From positions 321,160,001-321,224,000 of the forward strand of contig OZ024743.1 of the NCBI GenBank assembly GCA_964016885.1: 64,000 bases of DNA, written 5' to 3'. The stretch comes from Eledone cirrhosa. Lineage: Eukaryota. The notes beneath the pieces are model-generated. The model had not been told where the DNA came from, searched no databases, and was given only the letters and a program-made list of their open reading frames with translations. Shown one piece after another: positions 62,801 to 64,000 of this stretch. Position numbers and translations under genes: made by a program. Within the stretch, counting starts at the first letter, position 1, and each line of letters opens with the position of its first letter.

Positions 62801-64000
62801 ACCCAAGGCAGGGAATTGGCAGGGATGTCTTATTTAGTACCCAAGGCCGGGAATTGGCAGTGATATCTTATTTAGTACCCAAGGCAGGGATGTCTTATTT
62901 AGTACCCAAGGCAGGGAATTGGCAGGGATGTCTTATTTAGTACCCGAGGCAGGGAATTGGCAGGGATGTCTTATTTAGTACCCAAGGCCGGGAATTGGCA
63001 GGGATATCTTATTTAGTACCCTAGGCAGGGAATTGGCAGGGATGTCTTATTTAGTACCCAAGGCAGGGAATTGGTAAGGATGTCTTGTTTAGTACCCAAG
63101 GCAGGGAATTGGCAGGGATGTCCTATTTAGTACCCAAGGCAGGGAATTGGCAGGGATATCTTATTTGGTACCCAAGGCAGGGAATTGGCAGGGATATCTT
63201 ATTTCGTAGCCAAGGCAGGGAATTGGCAGGGATGTCTTATTTGGTACCCAAGGCAGGGAATTGGGAGGGATGTCTTATTTAGTACCCAAGGCAGGGAATT
63301 GGCAGGGATGTCTTATTTAGTACCCAAGGCAGGGAATTGGCAGGGATGTCTTATTTAGTACCCAAGGCAGGGAATTGGCAGGGATGTCTTATTTAGTACC
63401 CAAGACCGGGAATTGGCAGGGATATCTTATTTAGTACCCAAGGCAGGGAATTGGCAGGGATGTCTTATTTAGTACCCAAGGCAGGGAATTGGCAGGGATG
63501 TCTTATTTAGTACCCAAGGCAGGGAATTGGCAGGGATGTCTTATTTAGTACCCAAGGCCGGGAATTGGCAGGGATATCTTATTTAGTACCCAAGGCAGGG
63601 AATAGGCAGGGATGTCTTATTTAGTACCCAAGGCAGGGAATTGGCAGGGATGTCTTATTTAGTACCCAAGGCAGGGAATTGGCAGGGATGTCTTAGTTGG
63701 TACCCAAGGCAGGGAATTGGCGGGGATGTCTTATTTAGTACCCAAGGCAGGGAATTGGCAGGGATATCTTATTTAGTACCCAAGGCAGGGAATTGGCAGG
63801 GATGTCTTATTTAGTACCCAAGCAGGGAATTGGCAGGGATGTCTTATTTAGTACCCAAGGCAGGGAATTGACAGGGATGTCTTATTTAGTACACAAGGCA
63901 GGGAATTGGCAGGGATGTCTTATTTAGTACCCAAGGCAGGGAATTGGCAGGGATGTCTTATTTAGTACCCAAGGCAGGGAATTGACAACGATATCTTATT
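32829..64000 (+). repeat. 38-bp tandem satellite, about 820 units, continues past window end
   Basis: Consensus GTACCCAAGGCAGGGAATTGGCAGGGATGTCTTATTTA; 27-bp and 37-bp variants; higher-order blocks; no spacers or interruptions seen. Confidence 0.99.

Noticed and set aside
32829-64000. CRISPR array or repetitive protein (MAGMSYLVPKAG ORFs)
   Set aside because: Monomers abut with no unique spacers and no cas genes. The ORFs use non-ATG starts and arise only where a TAG variant happens to fall in the frame cycling through the 38-bp unit.
32829-64000. Recursive splice sites in the satellite
   Set aside because: TTTAG is followed by TA rather than GT, so the AG|GT ratchet motif is not formed at the acceptor-like site.

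Overview
Eukaryotic, AT-rich, repeat-dense DNA. The repeat families suggest a cephalopod/octopod mollusc (inference). Four phase-compatible + strand exons (1183-1329, 6327-6567, 30366-30460, 32511-32630) encode one complete MAM domain and the start of a second; the gene extends beyond both window ends. The 23.8-kb intron 6568-30365 is a nest of retroelements separated by (TA)n tracts: RTE LINEs (two tail-to-tail pairs), Penelope-like elements, a CRE-like remnant and SINEs. R4/Dong-like remnants lie in the preceding intron. The most notable signal is a dense cluster of minimal type I hammerhead-ribozyme folds from at least six sequence families in 11.7-17.5 kb. It includes two identical ribozymes 483 nt apart, a U3-A8 covariant core, a CAGAAGA core variant, recurrent U-U closure of stem II, and several fold-back palindromes. 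From 32829 to the window end, the next intron is filled by a >31-kb 38-bp satellite with higher-order repeats (1706 bp x3, 2849 bp x2). All folds and alignments were done by eye; no activity or database search was run.
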